DNA of 64,000 nucleotides from an uncultured virus (IMG/VR IMGVR_UViG_3300010883_027406) (lineage: Duplodnaviria > Heunggongvirae > Uroviricota > Caudoviricetes): the IMG/VR virus record IMGVR_UViG_3300010883_027406, positions 1-64,000 of that record; one strand, given 5' to 3'. The translations under genes were made by a program, and so were the position numbers. Shown piece by piece: positions 1 to 9,591 of the stretch. Under the pieces are notes generated by a model. That model was not told where the DNA came from and ran no database searches. It worked only from the letters and a program-made list of their open reading frames with translations. The first letter of the stretch is position 1. Each line of letters begins with the position of its first letter.

Positions 1-531
1 GATGAGGAACTTGGCGAGTCTCCGTTGGGTGACATTAGTGACTTGGTGGAAGGTCGTGATTTTAAATTAATTAAGAGAATGAGAAAATCAGGATCTCAAT
101 CTTATCCTAATTATAACGAATCCAAGTTCCTTGAACCTTCCCCTCTTGGCACTAAAGATAGTGCGAAAGAATGGCTTTCGGGACTTCATGACCTTTCTTC
201 TCTTCGAAGCTTAAAGACAGAAGAGGAGCTTAAGCATGAACTTAAGATGTTCCTTGGAGTGGCACAGGAGAACGCTTCTGGCGGGTTTGATCCTTCGGAA
301 TTTAAACTTGAAGGCGCACCGGCTGTTACTCTTCCCATGCCTGATTCAATGAAGTCTCAAGAGGTCGCAGGTGCGGCGAGTGGTGAGACCGCACCTTTTG
401 ATGTAGAAGAGTCTACCACACCAGAAGAGTCTGCCCCGCCAGCAGAAAAGGTAGAAGCGTCATCTGATGACGGGGATGATGAGGTTTTGGCTGATGACGA
501 CTTTCTTAAAGAGTTAAGAAATTTAGGGTAA
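1..531 (+). CDS. T4 gp32-like single-stranded DNA-binding protein, C-terminal part (5' truncated by window edge)
   Basis: Frame is open from base 1. GDISDLVEGRDFKL..YPNYNESKF resembles the gp32 core; long acidic tail (DDGDDEVLADDDFL); lies just upstream of RecA/UvsX. Confidence 0.65.
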   Translation, partial: DEELGESPLGDISDLVEGRDFKLIKRMRKSGSQSYPNYNESKFLEPSPLGTKDSAKEWLSGLHDLSSLRSLKTEEELKHELKMFLGVAQENASGGFDPSEFKLEGAPAVTLPMPDSMKSQEVAGAASGETAPFDVEESTTPEESAPPAEKVEASSDDGDDEVLADDDFLKELRNLG

Positions 532-554
532 AAACAAGTTTTTTGACAATCTTG

Positions 555-590
555 AAAACGCCTGAGTGGTTCTGCTGCTCAGGCGTTTTT
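555..590 (+). terminator. Rho-independent terminator
   Basis: aaaacgcctgag...ctcaggcgttttt inverted repeat with T-run after the SSB gene. Confidence 0.8.
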
Positions 591-655
591 ATATTGTTTT
601 TATTTTTGGATTAAGATATAATTTGAATGTCTTATTGGTAGGGGAATGAATTACA

Positions 656-859
656 ATGGATAAAGATTATCTTATTTTATCAAGGCAAAATGGACTTTGT
701 CTTGTTGAAAAATTTTGTTGTATATGTCAGCATGATAAAACATATTGGATGTTCATAGATGATTTGGGATTTAATCCAATCAAACCTTGCCCTGATTGCA
801 GTCGTTATATTTCTATCATTGATACTTTAGGCGAGATAATAAATGGCGAAGAAGAATAA
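656..859 (+). CDS. small hypothetical protein, possible Zn ribbon
   Basis: CCICQH and CPDC pairs; overlaps the recA start. Confidence 0.45.
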   Translation: MDKDYLILSRQNGLCLVEKFCCICQHDKTYWMFIDDLGFNPIKPCPDCSRYISIIDTLGEIINGEEE

Positions 860-2036
860 AAAAACAACGGCATCCGACGACCCAGTAGCCGATCTGTTCT
901 CGGATCTTGCTGCCGATACGGGGGGCAGCGTCTTAGACGATATAGATAGTATTAAATATTTTGTGGATACTGGGAATCTGGCAGTTAACTTTGTTTGCAG
1001 CGGCAGATATATAAATGGCGGAGTTCCGGGCGGTAGACTTACAGAGATATATGGTCCGGCCTCATCAGGCAAATCTCTTATTGCTACTAATGTTATTCGT
1101 GGCTGCCAGAAGCTTGGTGGGTTCCCAATATATTTAGATTGTGAAAATACTATAAACAAAGATTTTGTTCAATCGGCTAGTCATGTCGATGTATCTAAAG
1201 TTATTAGATACACCCCCCAGACATTGGAGGAGGTGTTTACGAAGGTACACACGGTAATCAAGAAGGTTAGATCGGTTAAAGGCATAGAGGTTCCCATAGT
1301 AATTGTATATGACTCTATTAGTGTGTCGCCTAGTGCTAGAGAATACAGAGAGGTTGACCTTCCTGAAGGCTACACAGATGCTGATTGGAAGAGGATTGTT
1401 GGTGGCAAGGAACAACCTGGCGAGCGTGCCAAGATTTGCAGTCGGGAGTTTAGAAAGTTGACTCCTATATTGGAAGAACAGAATGCAACTATGGTTGTGA
1501 TTAATCAGACTCGTGAAAAAATAGGCGTTATGTTTGGTAGCCCTGAAACGACAGGAGGAGGGGGCAATGCGTTGCCTTTTTATGCTTCATGTCGTATTAG
1601 AACGCAAACTCAAAAGAAAATTGAGAATTCCAAGATCGGGTCTATTGTTGGAATTAATATGAAAATTAAAAATGTGAAAAATAAAACTTTTCGGCCTTTC
1701 ATGGAAACCGAAAATGTTCAACTTTATTTTGATCGTGGTATAAATCCGCTTTCTGGCCTTTTAAATACTTTGATTATGTCTGAGAGAATTGATGTAAGTG
1801 GAAAAGGAAGTTTTACTGTTAAAGAACCTTGGGCCGCTGGCGAGGAGATCAAGTTTAGAAGCAGTATGGCTCGCAATGATGTGCCGGAAGATGTTTTATA
1901 TCGGTGTCCTTCCTTGATTGATGCGGAGTCTAAAGAACAGGTGAAAGATTACTTGTCGGAGTATCAGTTGGCCATTCACAGAGAAGATGCTAAAGATTTA
2001 GAAGAAATAGAATTAAAAAGCGAAGAGGATCTCTAA
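843..2036 (+). CDS. recA: RecA/UvsX-family recombinase
   Basis: GRLTEIYGPASSGKS Walker A, YLDCE, IVYDS Walker B, INQTREKIGVMFGSPETTGGGGNALPFYAS, KNK. Confidence 0.95.
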   Translation: MAKKNKKTTASDDPVADLFSDLAADTGGSVLDDIDSIKYFVDTGNLAVNFVCSGRYINGGVPGGRLTEIYGPASSGKSLIATNVIRGCQKLGGFPIYLDCENTINKDFVQSASHVDVSKVIRYTPQTLEEVFTKVHTVIKKVRSVKGIEVPIVIVYDSISVSPSAREYREVDLPEGYTDADWKRIVGGKEQPGERAKICSREFRKLTPILEEQNATMVVINQTREKIGVMFGSPETTGGGGNALPFYASCRIRTQTQKKIENSKIGSIVGINMKIKNVKNKTFRPFMETENVQLYFDRGINPLSGLLNTLIMSERIDVSGKGSFTVKEPWAAGEEIKFRSSMARNDVPEDVLYRCPSLIDAESKEQVKDYLSEYQLAIHREDAKDLEEIELKSEEDL

Positions 2037-2233
2037 TGTCGGAAGATACATCGGTAAGAAACAGTTGCACGTTGAGTTCGACTAGATACACAGAGTATGA
2101 ATGGAAGGTTATTCGCTCTAGTGTTTTGGATTTAGAAGAGGAATTAAATAATCTTTCTCTTAATGGTCGGTGGGAAGTTTTTAGCGTAGCTCCAGATGGT
2201 CCTGCCTGGTTTGTTATTGTCGCTCGTAGATAA
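2036..2233 (+). CDS. small hypothetical protein (DUF4177-like)
   Basis: YEWKV...LN.L...GRWEVFSV pattern; TAATG coupling to recA. Confidence 0.5.
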   Translation: MSEDTSVRNSCTLSSTRYTEYEWKVIRSSVLDLEEELNNLSLNGRWEVFSVAPDGPAWFVIVARR

Positions 2234-2241
2234 AATGCTTT

Positions 2242-2718
2242 TTAAATAATATTATATTCTGATTTATCTTTGTTTATTTTATATCCTTCCGCTTCTAATT
2301 CTTTCCGTATTTTTCTTATGTGGTTGCATAAGCAGGAATCAGTCAGTTCGTATCCTGAAAATCTTCTTTTAAGTTTTTTTAATGATACAATTTTACTTGC
2401 TAAAAATTCTTTCTTTATATATTCATCTAATCTTTCTGAAGTTTTTATAATGTTATTGCGAGGTTTTTTAATTTGAGATATTTTTGTTTCAATTAATTCA
2501 TAAGTTATTTCTTCATTTAAATGATTCGGATTACAGAAAGCAGCGGCAAGTTCGCTTAGTTCTAGGAGTGTTGCTTTTTTTATTTTTACGACAGACACTT
2601 CGAGACTAAATTTTTTAGAAAATTCCAAAAGCAAAGAATAATTGCTTTTCTCAGTTAGGAATTCTCTTTTGTCTTTAGTTTTCAGCAAAAGGCATTGTCT
2701 ATTTTTAATTTTTTTCAT
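2242..2718 (-). CDS. basic hypothetical protein, possible C-terminal winged HTH
   Basis: 158 aa ORF with its own promoter; HIRKIRKELEAEGY helix. Confidence 0.55.
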   Translation of the reverse strand: MKKIKNRQCLLLKTKDKREFLTEKSNYSLLLEFSKKFSLEVSVVKIKKATLLELSELAAAFCNPNHLNEEITYELIETKISQIKKPRNNIIKTSERLDEYIKKEFLASKIVSLKKLKRRFSGYELTDSCLCNHIRKIRKELEAEGYKINKDKSEYNII

Positions 2719-2724
2719 ATCACC

Positions 2725-2782
2725 ATTTTATTACATTGTAGTTTTAAATCAAGCTTGATTTAAATTTGTAGGTTTTTAAAAT
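2725..2782. promoter_or_regulatory. back-to-back sigma70-like promoters TTGATT-N16-TAAAAT around a 22-bp palindrome
   Basis: tttaaatcaagcttgatttaaa (2743-2764) carries both -35 boxes. The -10 boxes at 2725-2730 (-) and 2777-2782 (+) are each 6 nt before an ATG. Confidence 0.7.
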
Positions 2783-2788
2783 AAATTT

Positions 2789-3817
2789 ATGGATATGAGT
2801 GATGATTATTTGGGATTCGATTACAGCAGACGTTTTGGTGTTGAGATTGAATTGAATTCGCTGGACGGACGCAGCAGACCGCTGACAAGGGAGAACCCTG
2901 TTGGTTCTGATTATGTCGCTAATTTAATTTCTAGATCTTTAAGCAAAACTGTAGAAATAGCCAAGTGGCATCATACTCATAATAACGAATTCTGGATTGT
3001 CAAACCTGATTCGAGTTGTGGCATAGAGGTCTGTTCTCCCGTGTCTAAGGGGTGGAAAGGTCTTAAAGACATATGCCGTGTTGTTGAAGGGTTTTCTAAT
3101 GATGAGTCAATTGCGGCGGATGAGAGGTGCTCTTTACACGTTCATGTTGAAGTGGCGGACCTGTCAGAGAGCGAGTTGGCCTCGGTTTTGTATTATTGGA
3201 TCAAATGCGAGCCGGTTTTTTTTGACTCGGTTCCTCACGAGAGAAAGAGCAATCGTTATTGTCAGTTTATAGGTTTGACTGATCTAATTGGACATGATGC
3301 GGAAATGTCCCCATCTCTTCTTATTTCTAGGTTAGGAAATGTAAAATATTATTCTTTAAACACCTATCACCTCAAGAAGGGGAAGCGGGAAACTATAGAG
3401 TTTAGGATTATAGGAAATTCGGGGTGTCTTGACCCATTTTTGGTTAAAAACTGGGTTAGGCTTATTGTCCATTTTATCAATGTCACCAGCAAAATGGGAA
3501 TCCCCGGACATTATGCAGAGGGAGATCCATGGTCGTCTTTTTTATGGCTAGATGCAAAAGACGTTTTTAGATTATTGGGATTTTGGGATAGCAACAAGAC
3601 TCTATCAGAAGGGGTCAAGCAAACTAGGGATTGGTTTTTAGCAAGATTAAAGAAGAATGGTTCTCTATTAGATTGTGATGGGTTTTGGAGTACGCATTCT
3701 AGATTTGTTTCTAATTCTCAAGTTTCTGAGATGTTTTTAATACTAGGATTAGGTGAGATTAATAAATTATTATACCCAGTAGGGGGAGATCTTATTTATT
3801 CTAAGAAATTTATTTAG
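2789..3817 (+). CDS. putative amidoligase (COOH-NH2 ligase, Amidoligase_2 family)
   Basis: FGVEIE, W.VKPDSSC, GIEVCSPV, CSLHVHV, TIEFR motifs. Confidence 0.85.
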   Translation: MDMSDDYLGFDYSRRFGVEIELNSLDGRSRPLTRENPVGSDYVANLISRSLSKTVEIAKWHHTHNNEFWIVKPDSSCGIEVCSPVSKGWKGLKDICRVVEGFSNDESIAADERCSLHVHVEVADLSESELASVLYYWIKCEPVFFDSVPHERKSNRYCQFIGLTDLIGHDAEMSPSLLISRLGNVKYYSLNTYHLKKGKRETIEFRIIGNSGCLDPFLVKNWVRLIVHFINVTSKMGIPGHYAEGDPWSSFLWLDAKDVFRLLGFWDSNKTLSEGVKQTRDWFLARLKKNGSLLDCDGFWSTHSRFVSNSQVSEMFLILGLGEINKLLYPVGGDLIYSKKFI

Positions 3818-3850
3818 CATCTTTTTTTTCATATATAATATGGAGGCATA

Positions 3851-4297
3851 ATGAGAGATAGAAATTTTGATAAAGAAATTATTAACTTAAAACGATTAGG
3901 CGAAAGGTTGATAGTTCATAATTACCCTTTAGGAAGTCGTTCTGAAGAAGATGTCTTAAGCCCATTGAAAACATCATCTTTTTGTGTCGATGGATACGAT
4001 GTTGATATTCACTATAGCAAGGCTGATTATGAAAGTCATTATTTAGAAAGCATTCAAATAATGGGAAGAAACGTTCCGTTTCTTCCGTTCGTTCTTATTT
4101 GCAAAATAGCCAGAAGGGTTTTAGGCGACGAAGCTTTATCGTTTATAGAATTTTTTTCGGACTCAAATAAAGTTTATTGTTGGACACGATCAATTGATAA
4201 AGTCGGTAATTTATTATACCCACCAGAGGATAAGGAGTGTTCTTACGAAGGTTTTAATTATGCCTGTATCAAACCTAGTGAGGTTAATTTTTATTAA
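3851..4297 (+). CDS. hypothetical protein
   Basis: 148 aa; GGAGG RBS; ATATATAA motif upstream. Confidence 0.7.
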   Translation: MRDRNFDKEIINLKRLGERLIVHNYPLGSRSEEDVLSPLKTSSFCVDGYDVDIHYSKADYESHYLESIQIMGRNVPFLPFVLICKIARRVLGDEALSFIEFFSDSNKVYCWTRSIDKVGNLLYPPEDKECSYEGFNYACIKPSEVNFY

Positions 4298-4348
4298 AGG
4301 CTATATAATTCCAAATCCAGTTATTATAGGTTTTGGAGGCATATAGTC

Positions 4349-4657
4349 ATGGCAAGTTCAAAAGCACAGAGTGCTAAAATTCAAAGATTACTTATTTCTC
4401 AACTTGAAGAACATGGTTCTATAGAGTTGCTTTTGCCTAATCGGGTTGTTCTAGAGATTGGAATTACGCAAGAAGGAAAAAGCGGGACAGTTAAAGCTGA
4501 TGAATACTGTTGGATCACAGCCTGCCAAAATGAGAGAGAGATCAGTTTGGATTCTTATAATCTGGGCTTGAGGTTCTTAGACTATAATAGTATGCTTCTT
4601 GAATCAGATATAATTAATGAAGATGGTGAAAACATTCGTTTGGTAAATGTTGTTTAA
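4349..4657 (+). CDS. hypothetical protein
   Basis: 102 aa; GGAGG RBS. Confidence 0.7.
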   Translation: MASSKAQSAKIQRLLISQLEEHGSIELLLPNRVVLEIGITQEGKSGTVKADEYCWITACQNEREISLDSYNLGLRFLDYNSMLLESDIINEDGENIRLVNVV

Positions 4658-4980
4658 TTGTTAATAAAGTAAAGGTTGCCTATGGTTTTAATATGACTGA
4701 GATCGCCAGAGGCCAATAATTTTAGTTCGCTGGTTCCTATTGCGATTTTGTTTTCTTCTTTTGGAACCTTAAATTCTACCCATATTAAGAATCCGTTGTG
4801 TGTTAATTCAAACCTGGAGAGGCTAATTTGTATTCCTATTTTTGGAATTGTTGATTGTTCCACTACAGCTAGTTCTGTGTCACGAACTATTTCTAGGATT
4901 TGGGCCATAAGTTTGCTGTAGTTTATGAAGCTGGTCCAATTTGCGATCAGCAATTCTTCAAGTTTTTTGGAGTTTATCAT
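4654..4980 (-). CDS. hypothetical protein
   Basis: 108 aa ORF filling the gap between + genes. Confidence 0.6.
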   Translation of the reverse strand: MINSKKLEELLIANWTSFINYSKLMAQILEIVRDTELAVVEQSTIPKIGIQISLSRFELTHNGFLIWVEFKVPKEENKIAIGTSELKLLASGDLSHIKTIGNLYFINN

Positions 4981-5011
4981 TTAAGTCATTAGTTACGAAC
5001 GAGGTGAAATC

Positions 5012-5278
5012 ATGACAAGTTCAAATAGTGTATTAAAAGAGTATGTGTCATCTTTATCCTATAAGGAACTGCTTTTTTTAAAAACTAGATTTTCTCAAAG
5101 AGTAGGAGGGGATCTTGGAGAAGCTGTTAATTTCGTTTCTAAGAATGAAGAAATGGATAAATGGCTTTCGGTGGCGGAAGGTGCTGAAGATTTTTATCAA
5201 ATGTTAGAGGTTTTATCTATTGAAGTTGGCATAGGATTGAATAGGCTTAAAAGGCCTCAATCTTCTAGAAGATCCTAA
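5012..5278 (+). CDS. hypothetical protein
   Basis: 88 aa; GAGGTG RBS. Confidence 0.65.
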   Translation: MTSSNSVLKEYVSSLSYKELLFLKTRFSQRVGGDLGEAVNFVSKNEEMDKWLSVAEGAEDFYQMLEVLSIEVGIGLNRLKRPQSSRRS

Positions 5279-5347
5279 TTTGTTATTGTTATTAAAAGCG
5301 GTCGTCCCATTTTGTTTTCAAATGAGGGCGTATAATGAGGGTGTATT

Positions 5348-7369
5348 ATGCCAGCGATTATTAAACTTGGAGACCAAAATGAGTTAATTCCAGCTAGCAG
5401 TTTCCCTGATTATGCTAATTTTTCTTTTGATGAATTTAATCCTGTTCAATCAAGAGCTTATGAGATTTATAATAGGGATTGTAACGCCATAATAGCCTCT
5501 TCAACGTCTTCTGGCAAAACGGCGATAGCGGAGATGTTTCTTAGCAACGAAGTGCGTGAGAGAGGCGGCAAGGGCCTTTATTTGAGTCCTTTGAAGGCAT
5601 TGGCACAAGAAAAGATTGATGATTGGTCGTCTGATGATCACCATTTTAAAGATTTGAAGATTTCTATTTGCACAGGTGATTATCGCATAACTGAAGATCG
5701 CAAAAAAGAGTTGGCTGCGGCAAATTTAATCTTGATGACAAGCGAAATGCTTAGTCATAGATGTCGCAACCATAAATCAGAGGGAAATAGATTTCTTTCT
5801 GAAGTTGGGACTTTGGTTGTTGATGAATTTCATCTTATAGGAGTCGATGGCAGAGGGGATCACTTAGAAGCAGCATTGATGAAATTTACAGAAGTCAATC
5901 CAAACATTAGACTTGTGTTTTTATCTGCTACGATGCCAAATGTGGATCAAATTGGGGAATGGGTAAGTTACGAATTAACAAAAAAAGAAACATATTTAAT
6001 TGAATCTTCCTATCGGCCTTGTCCTTTAACTATCCATTATGAGAAATGCTATGATGGTGATAAAAAATATGAGGACAGAGAGCTTCAGAAGGTCGCTCAT
6101 GCCCTACAGATCGTAGAAGACTACCCAGATGACAAGTTCCTTGTGTTTTCTCATACCAAGCGAACTGGGCGACATATGAAGACGGCTCTTGAGCGTGCAG
6201 GGATTAATTGTGGGTATCATAATGCGGATTTGACAAAAGCTAAAAGACTCAAATTAGAGAGGGACTTTAAGGAAGATCCAGACCTTAGAGTTTTGGTTGC
6301 CACATCAACAGTAGCGTGGGGATTAAACTTACCGGCTCGTCGTGTTGTAATCTTGGGGGTTCATCGTGGTTTGAGCCAAGTAGAAAATTATGACATTCAA
6401 CAAATGTCAGGTCGTGCTGGTCGCCCAAAATATGATCCGTCAGGGGATGTTTATATTTTAATTCCTGAGAGTCAGGCGGATCATTATGTAAAGAAATTAA
6501 ATAGGAAACAAAATATTGAATCACAAATGCTTGACACTTTAGGTGGTCATCATAAAATAATGGCGTTTCATGTAGTAAGTGAAATCCATCATGGAAATAT
6601 AAGAAATAAAGATGATTTTCGTGACTGGTACGCCAGAAGTCTGGCTGCATTTCAGTCGATGCAATTAGATGATGATGTTATTGATCAATTGGTTGATTTG
6701 TTATTAAAAAAAGGAATTATTAGAGAGTATGAAGGAGAATATAAGGTCAATGCGGTAGGAAAGATATCCAGCATGTTTTATTTTGATCCTTTTGACGTTG
6801 CTGATCTTAGAAGGAATTTTTCTAGTATATTTGAAAATAATAGACAGGATAATGATTATGCAATTTCAATGGCTCTTGCTAGTGTGGAATCTTGTAGGCT
6901 TGGCATAGTTAGTAAAAATGAAGAAGAAGAAATGGTTTCTTTTTCTGCTCGTATAAGGAAAATGTTTGGGAACATTAAAAAGCCTGTCATAAAAGCAGCT
7001 TATGCATATCACCTTTTGCTTAAAGGCTTGCCCAGTCAGACCTTTAACCCATATATGAGAGGGCTTCAAATGGATTTTCCTCGTCTGGCAACGGTTTTAA
7101 AGTCGATTGATTCCATGAGTGCAAAATGGGATCAAAAAGAGTGGTTGGGGGATCTTCAAACCAGAGTTGTTTATGGGGTAGACGATTATTTGGTTGGCTT
7201 GTGCAATCTACCTCATATTGGAAAAGTTAGAGCAAATAAACTTTGGAATTCCAACATAAGATCTTATAGAGATATTGTTAATAAATCTTCTCTCGTAAGC
7301 AAAATTCTTAGATTAGATGATGATAAGACCGAAGATGTTATTCGAAAGGCGAAGTCTCTATATAAGTAA
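5348..7369 (+). CDS. Ski2/Hel308-like SF2 DNA helicase
   Basis: FNPVQ Q-motif, STSSGKT, SPLKALAQE, DEFH, SAT, WGLNLPA, QMSGRAGRP, C-terminal HhH (LPHIGKVRA). Confidence 0.9.
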   Translation: MPAIIKLGDQNELIPASSFPDYANFSFDEFNPVQSRAYEIYNRDCNAIIASSTSSGKTAIAEMFLSNEVRERGGKGLYLSPLKALAQEKIDDWSSDDHHFKDLKISICTGDYRITEDRKKELAAANLILMTSEMLSHRCRNHKSEGNRFLSEVGTLVVDEFHLIGVDGRGDHLEAALMKFTEVNPNIRLVFLSATMPNVDQIGEWVSYELTKKETYLIESSYRPCPLTIHYEKCYDGDKKYEDRELQKVAHALQIVEDYPDDKFLVFSHTKRTGRHMKTALERAGINCGYHNADLTKAKRLKLERDFKEDPDLRVLVATSTVAWGLNLPARRVVILGVHRGLSQVENYDIQQMSGRAGRPKYDPSGDVYILIPESQADHYVKKLNRKQNIESQMLDTLGGHHKIMAFHVVSEIHHGNIRNKDDFRDWYARSLAAFQSMQLDDDVIDQLVDLLLKKGIIREYEGEYKVNAVGKISSMFYFDPFDVADLRRNFSSIFENNRQDNDYAISMALASVESCRLGIVSKNEEEEMVSFSARIRKMFGNIKKPVIKAAYAYHLLLKGLPSQTFNPYMRGLQMDFPRLATVLKSIDSMSAKWDQKEWLGDLQTRVVYGVDDYLVGLCNLPHIGKVRANKLWNSNIRSYRDIVNKSSLVSKILRLDDDKTEDVIRKAKSLYK

Positions 7370-7399
7370 TAATACTTCACATATAGATAGAGACTTCAT

Positions 7400-8950
7400 A
7401 TGCCGATTAAGGATTGTTTTAGTTGTTGTGAGTGTGATTGTTGTTCCATCGAATGCGAGGGAGTGTGCACATGGGTTTATCGATGCGAGGAATGTCAGTG
7501 CAACGGTAGTTGCGAATGGGTTTGGACACCATGCGGCGAGCCAATCCCAGAGTCAATCGGACTACTAAGTGAGTGTGAAGATGGCACATGGACACAAAAC
7601 AGTACGTGCTCTCAGTGCCCTGGATGCTCATGTACACCGTTCGACTCATATACATGGGGCACACCTGGCGTTGATGTGCCAGATGCTGCGACCATTCCCC
7701 AGACGTATACCGGAACACCCGGATCAGCCGGTGGTTGTGGTGGTGGATATTACGTAGGCGTGCACGCAACGTCCCACTCTGATCCATACGTTCCCGGTGG
7801 GGAAGAAGATTGCTATTGGGAGCTTACATCTGATTGTGGGGAAAGTAATAATTCCGGTTGCCAATGTGCCAGCAGAACATGCGAATGGACGTGGGAAGTT
7901 TCTGAGGAAGAGTGCCATCAATGCTCATGTACTGTTGCCGAAGAGGTATGGGGCACACCTGGCGTTGATCCTGCACCCATCATCAACAATGAAATCAATG
8001 TTCAGACGTTTACCGGAACATGTGGTGGTGGCGGGGAATGTCAGTGCGACGGTAGTTGCGAATGGGTTTGGACACCATGCTACGGGCGGCCTAATTGTAC
8101 CTATGGCACATGGGCACTCGACAGTACGTGCTATCCAATCATTACTCCTGCAACTTGGACTCAGACAAGTGATTGTGGTTGTGATAATTGTGATTGCCCC
8201 GAACCGTCAGGTCAGGGTTCTCCTATTCCTGGCGGACCTGTCGTGACGATGACAACTCATTGCTCTGGCACAGGTACATCGGGGGGTGCGGGGCCAACGG
8301 TTGATTGCGATTGTGATATTCCGATTGCAGTTCTCGGTTCGTGCGGCACCGGAACATGTGAATATACACACACGACCGACCCCGACACGGCGGTAGTGAC
8401 TTATATCTTAGACAGCGACGACTGTGAACCTGGATGTGGTTGTCCAGATGCTGCCGACGTTTACGACACTAGCGCCCCCTGTCAGGATTCCAATGCTACT
8501 GGTTATGAAGATGGAGAAACAGCGACAACTCCTTGCTATGGTGGCGACTGCGACACATCTAATGCTTCTTGTTGTGGAAGCGGCGATTGCATGTATACCT
8601 GGAGTGGCGGTGCGTGGAATGTTGATACGGACACTTGCAGTGCAGCGTGCGAAGATCCAGATGTGCTATGTGAATGCCACGAGCCAACTTACCCTGGCGG
8701 AGTGGATAACGAAGCAGGCAACGGGACTTGTATGCCTGTCGCTACTACTGCGGCGTTATCTAATAGGACTTTTGGGCTTGTCAATAAGATTCCCCAGATT
8801 AGGAATAGTCGTGAGGGAATCAGGGATTCCTCAGTGGTTAAGGTCACCAGAAAAGGAGTTTCTAAAGTTTATTTGAATGTAAAAGCTATTAAAAGAAAAA
8901 GGCAAGCGATGGCCCGAAATGTAGCCGGTAGAAGACAGAGGATGAGATGA
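7400..8950 (+). CDS. cysteine-rich repeat protein with basic C-terminal tail
   Basis: About 57 Cys in the first ~445 aa; internal repeats ECQC(N/D)GSCEWVWTPC x2 and WGTPGVD x2; visibly higher GC than flanks. Confidence 0.8.
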   Translation: MPIKDCFSCCECDCCSIECEGVCTWVYRCEECQCNGSCEWVWTPCGEPIPESIGLLSECEDGTWTQNSTCSQCPGCSCTPFDSYTWGTPGVDVPDAATIPQTYTGTPGSAGGCGGGYYVGVHATSHSDPYVPGGEEDCYWELTSDCGESNNSGCQCASRTCEWTWEVSEEECHQCSCTVAEEVWGTPGVDPAPIINNEINVQTFTGTCGGGGECQCDGSCEWVWTPCYGRPNCTYGTWALDSTCYPIITPATWTQTSDCGCDNCDCPEPSGQGSPIPGGPVVTMTTHCSGTGTSGGAGPTVDCDCDIPIAVLGSCGTGTCEYTHTTDPDTAVVTYILDSDDCEPGCGCPDAADVYDTSAPCQDSNATGYEDGETATTPCYGGDCDTSNASCCGSGDCMYTWSGGAWNVDTDTCSAACEDPDVLCECHEPTYPGGVDNEAGNGTCMPVATTAALSNRTFGLVNKIPQIRNSREGIRDSSVVKVTRKGVSKVYLNVKAIKRKRQAMARNVAGRRQRMR

Positions 8951-9591
8951 GTCGAAATATTAGGTGGGCTTATTTTGTTCTTTCTTTAATTTCTGGGATT
9001 GTCATTTATAATGAAATTTCAAAACCTGTTTACCCTGATAAATGTTTTATAAGTAAATTTCCCCTAATAAAACAATTGGATCAAATAAGTTGTGGTCCGG
9101 TTGCTGCTACTATGTTATTGAATTTTTATGGGGAAGAAGTAAAAGTATCTAAAGTTAAAAGCAAGACTAAAACTAAATGGTTTAGTTATAAAGGGGAAGA
9201 AGTTGGAATGACCTCGCCAGACTATATTGCTTCCGCTTTAAGTTATTATGGGGTTTATTCTGTTGTTAGAAAGAGTGATTTGGATCATGTTAAATCATAT
9301 GTGTCGGAGAATCGTCCCCCTATATGTCTGATAAGGAGTTCCAATACTACGTGGCACTATGTTATTGTTGTGGGGTACAACGATGACGATGGTACCATTT
9401 CTTTAGCGGACCCAGCAGGCGGGTACATAATAATGATGTCTCAATATGATTTTGTTGAAGCTTGGAGCTTTAATCGTGATATGTTTGGAAGAAAGATACA
9501 TCCCCCAGATTTTATTGGATGTTTGTTGAGACTGGCAGATGTCAGCAATTATACTTTAATTGTTCCAATGCATGCAAATGCTGCTGGATGA
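8947..9591 (+). CDS. C39-like cysteine peptidase with N-terminal membrane anchor
   Basis: Q...SCGP catalytic Cys, WHYVIVVGY, ADPA; hydrophobic N-terminus; ATGA overlap with the Cys-rich gene. Confidence 0.85.
   Translation: MSRNIRWAYFVLSLISGIVIYNEISKPVYPDKCFISKFPLIKQLDQISCGPVAATMLLNFYGEEVKVSKVKSKTKTKWFSYKGEEVGMTSPDYIASALSYYGVYSVVRKSDLDHVKSYVSENRPPICLIRSSNTTWHYVIVVGYNDDDGTISLADPAGGYIIMMSQYDFVEAWSFNRDMFGRKIHPPDFIGCLLRLADVSNYTLIVPMHANAAG

Noticed and set aside
7317-8876. Alternative-frame ORFs inside the Cys-rich gene
   Set aside because: Explained by locally higher GC and fewer stops; no RBS or recognisable motifs.
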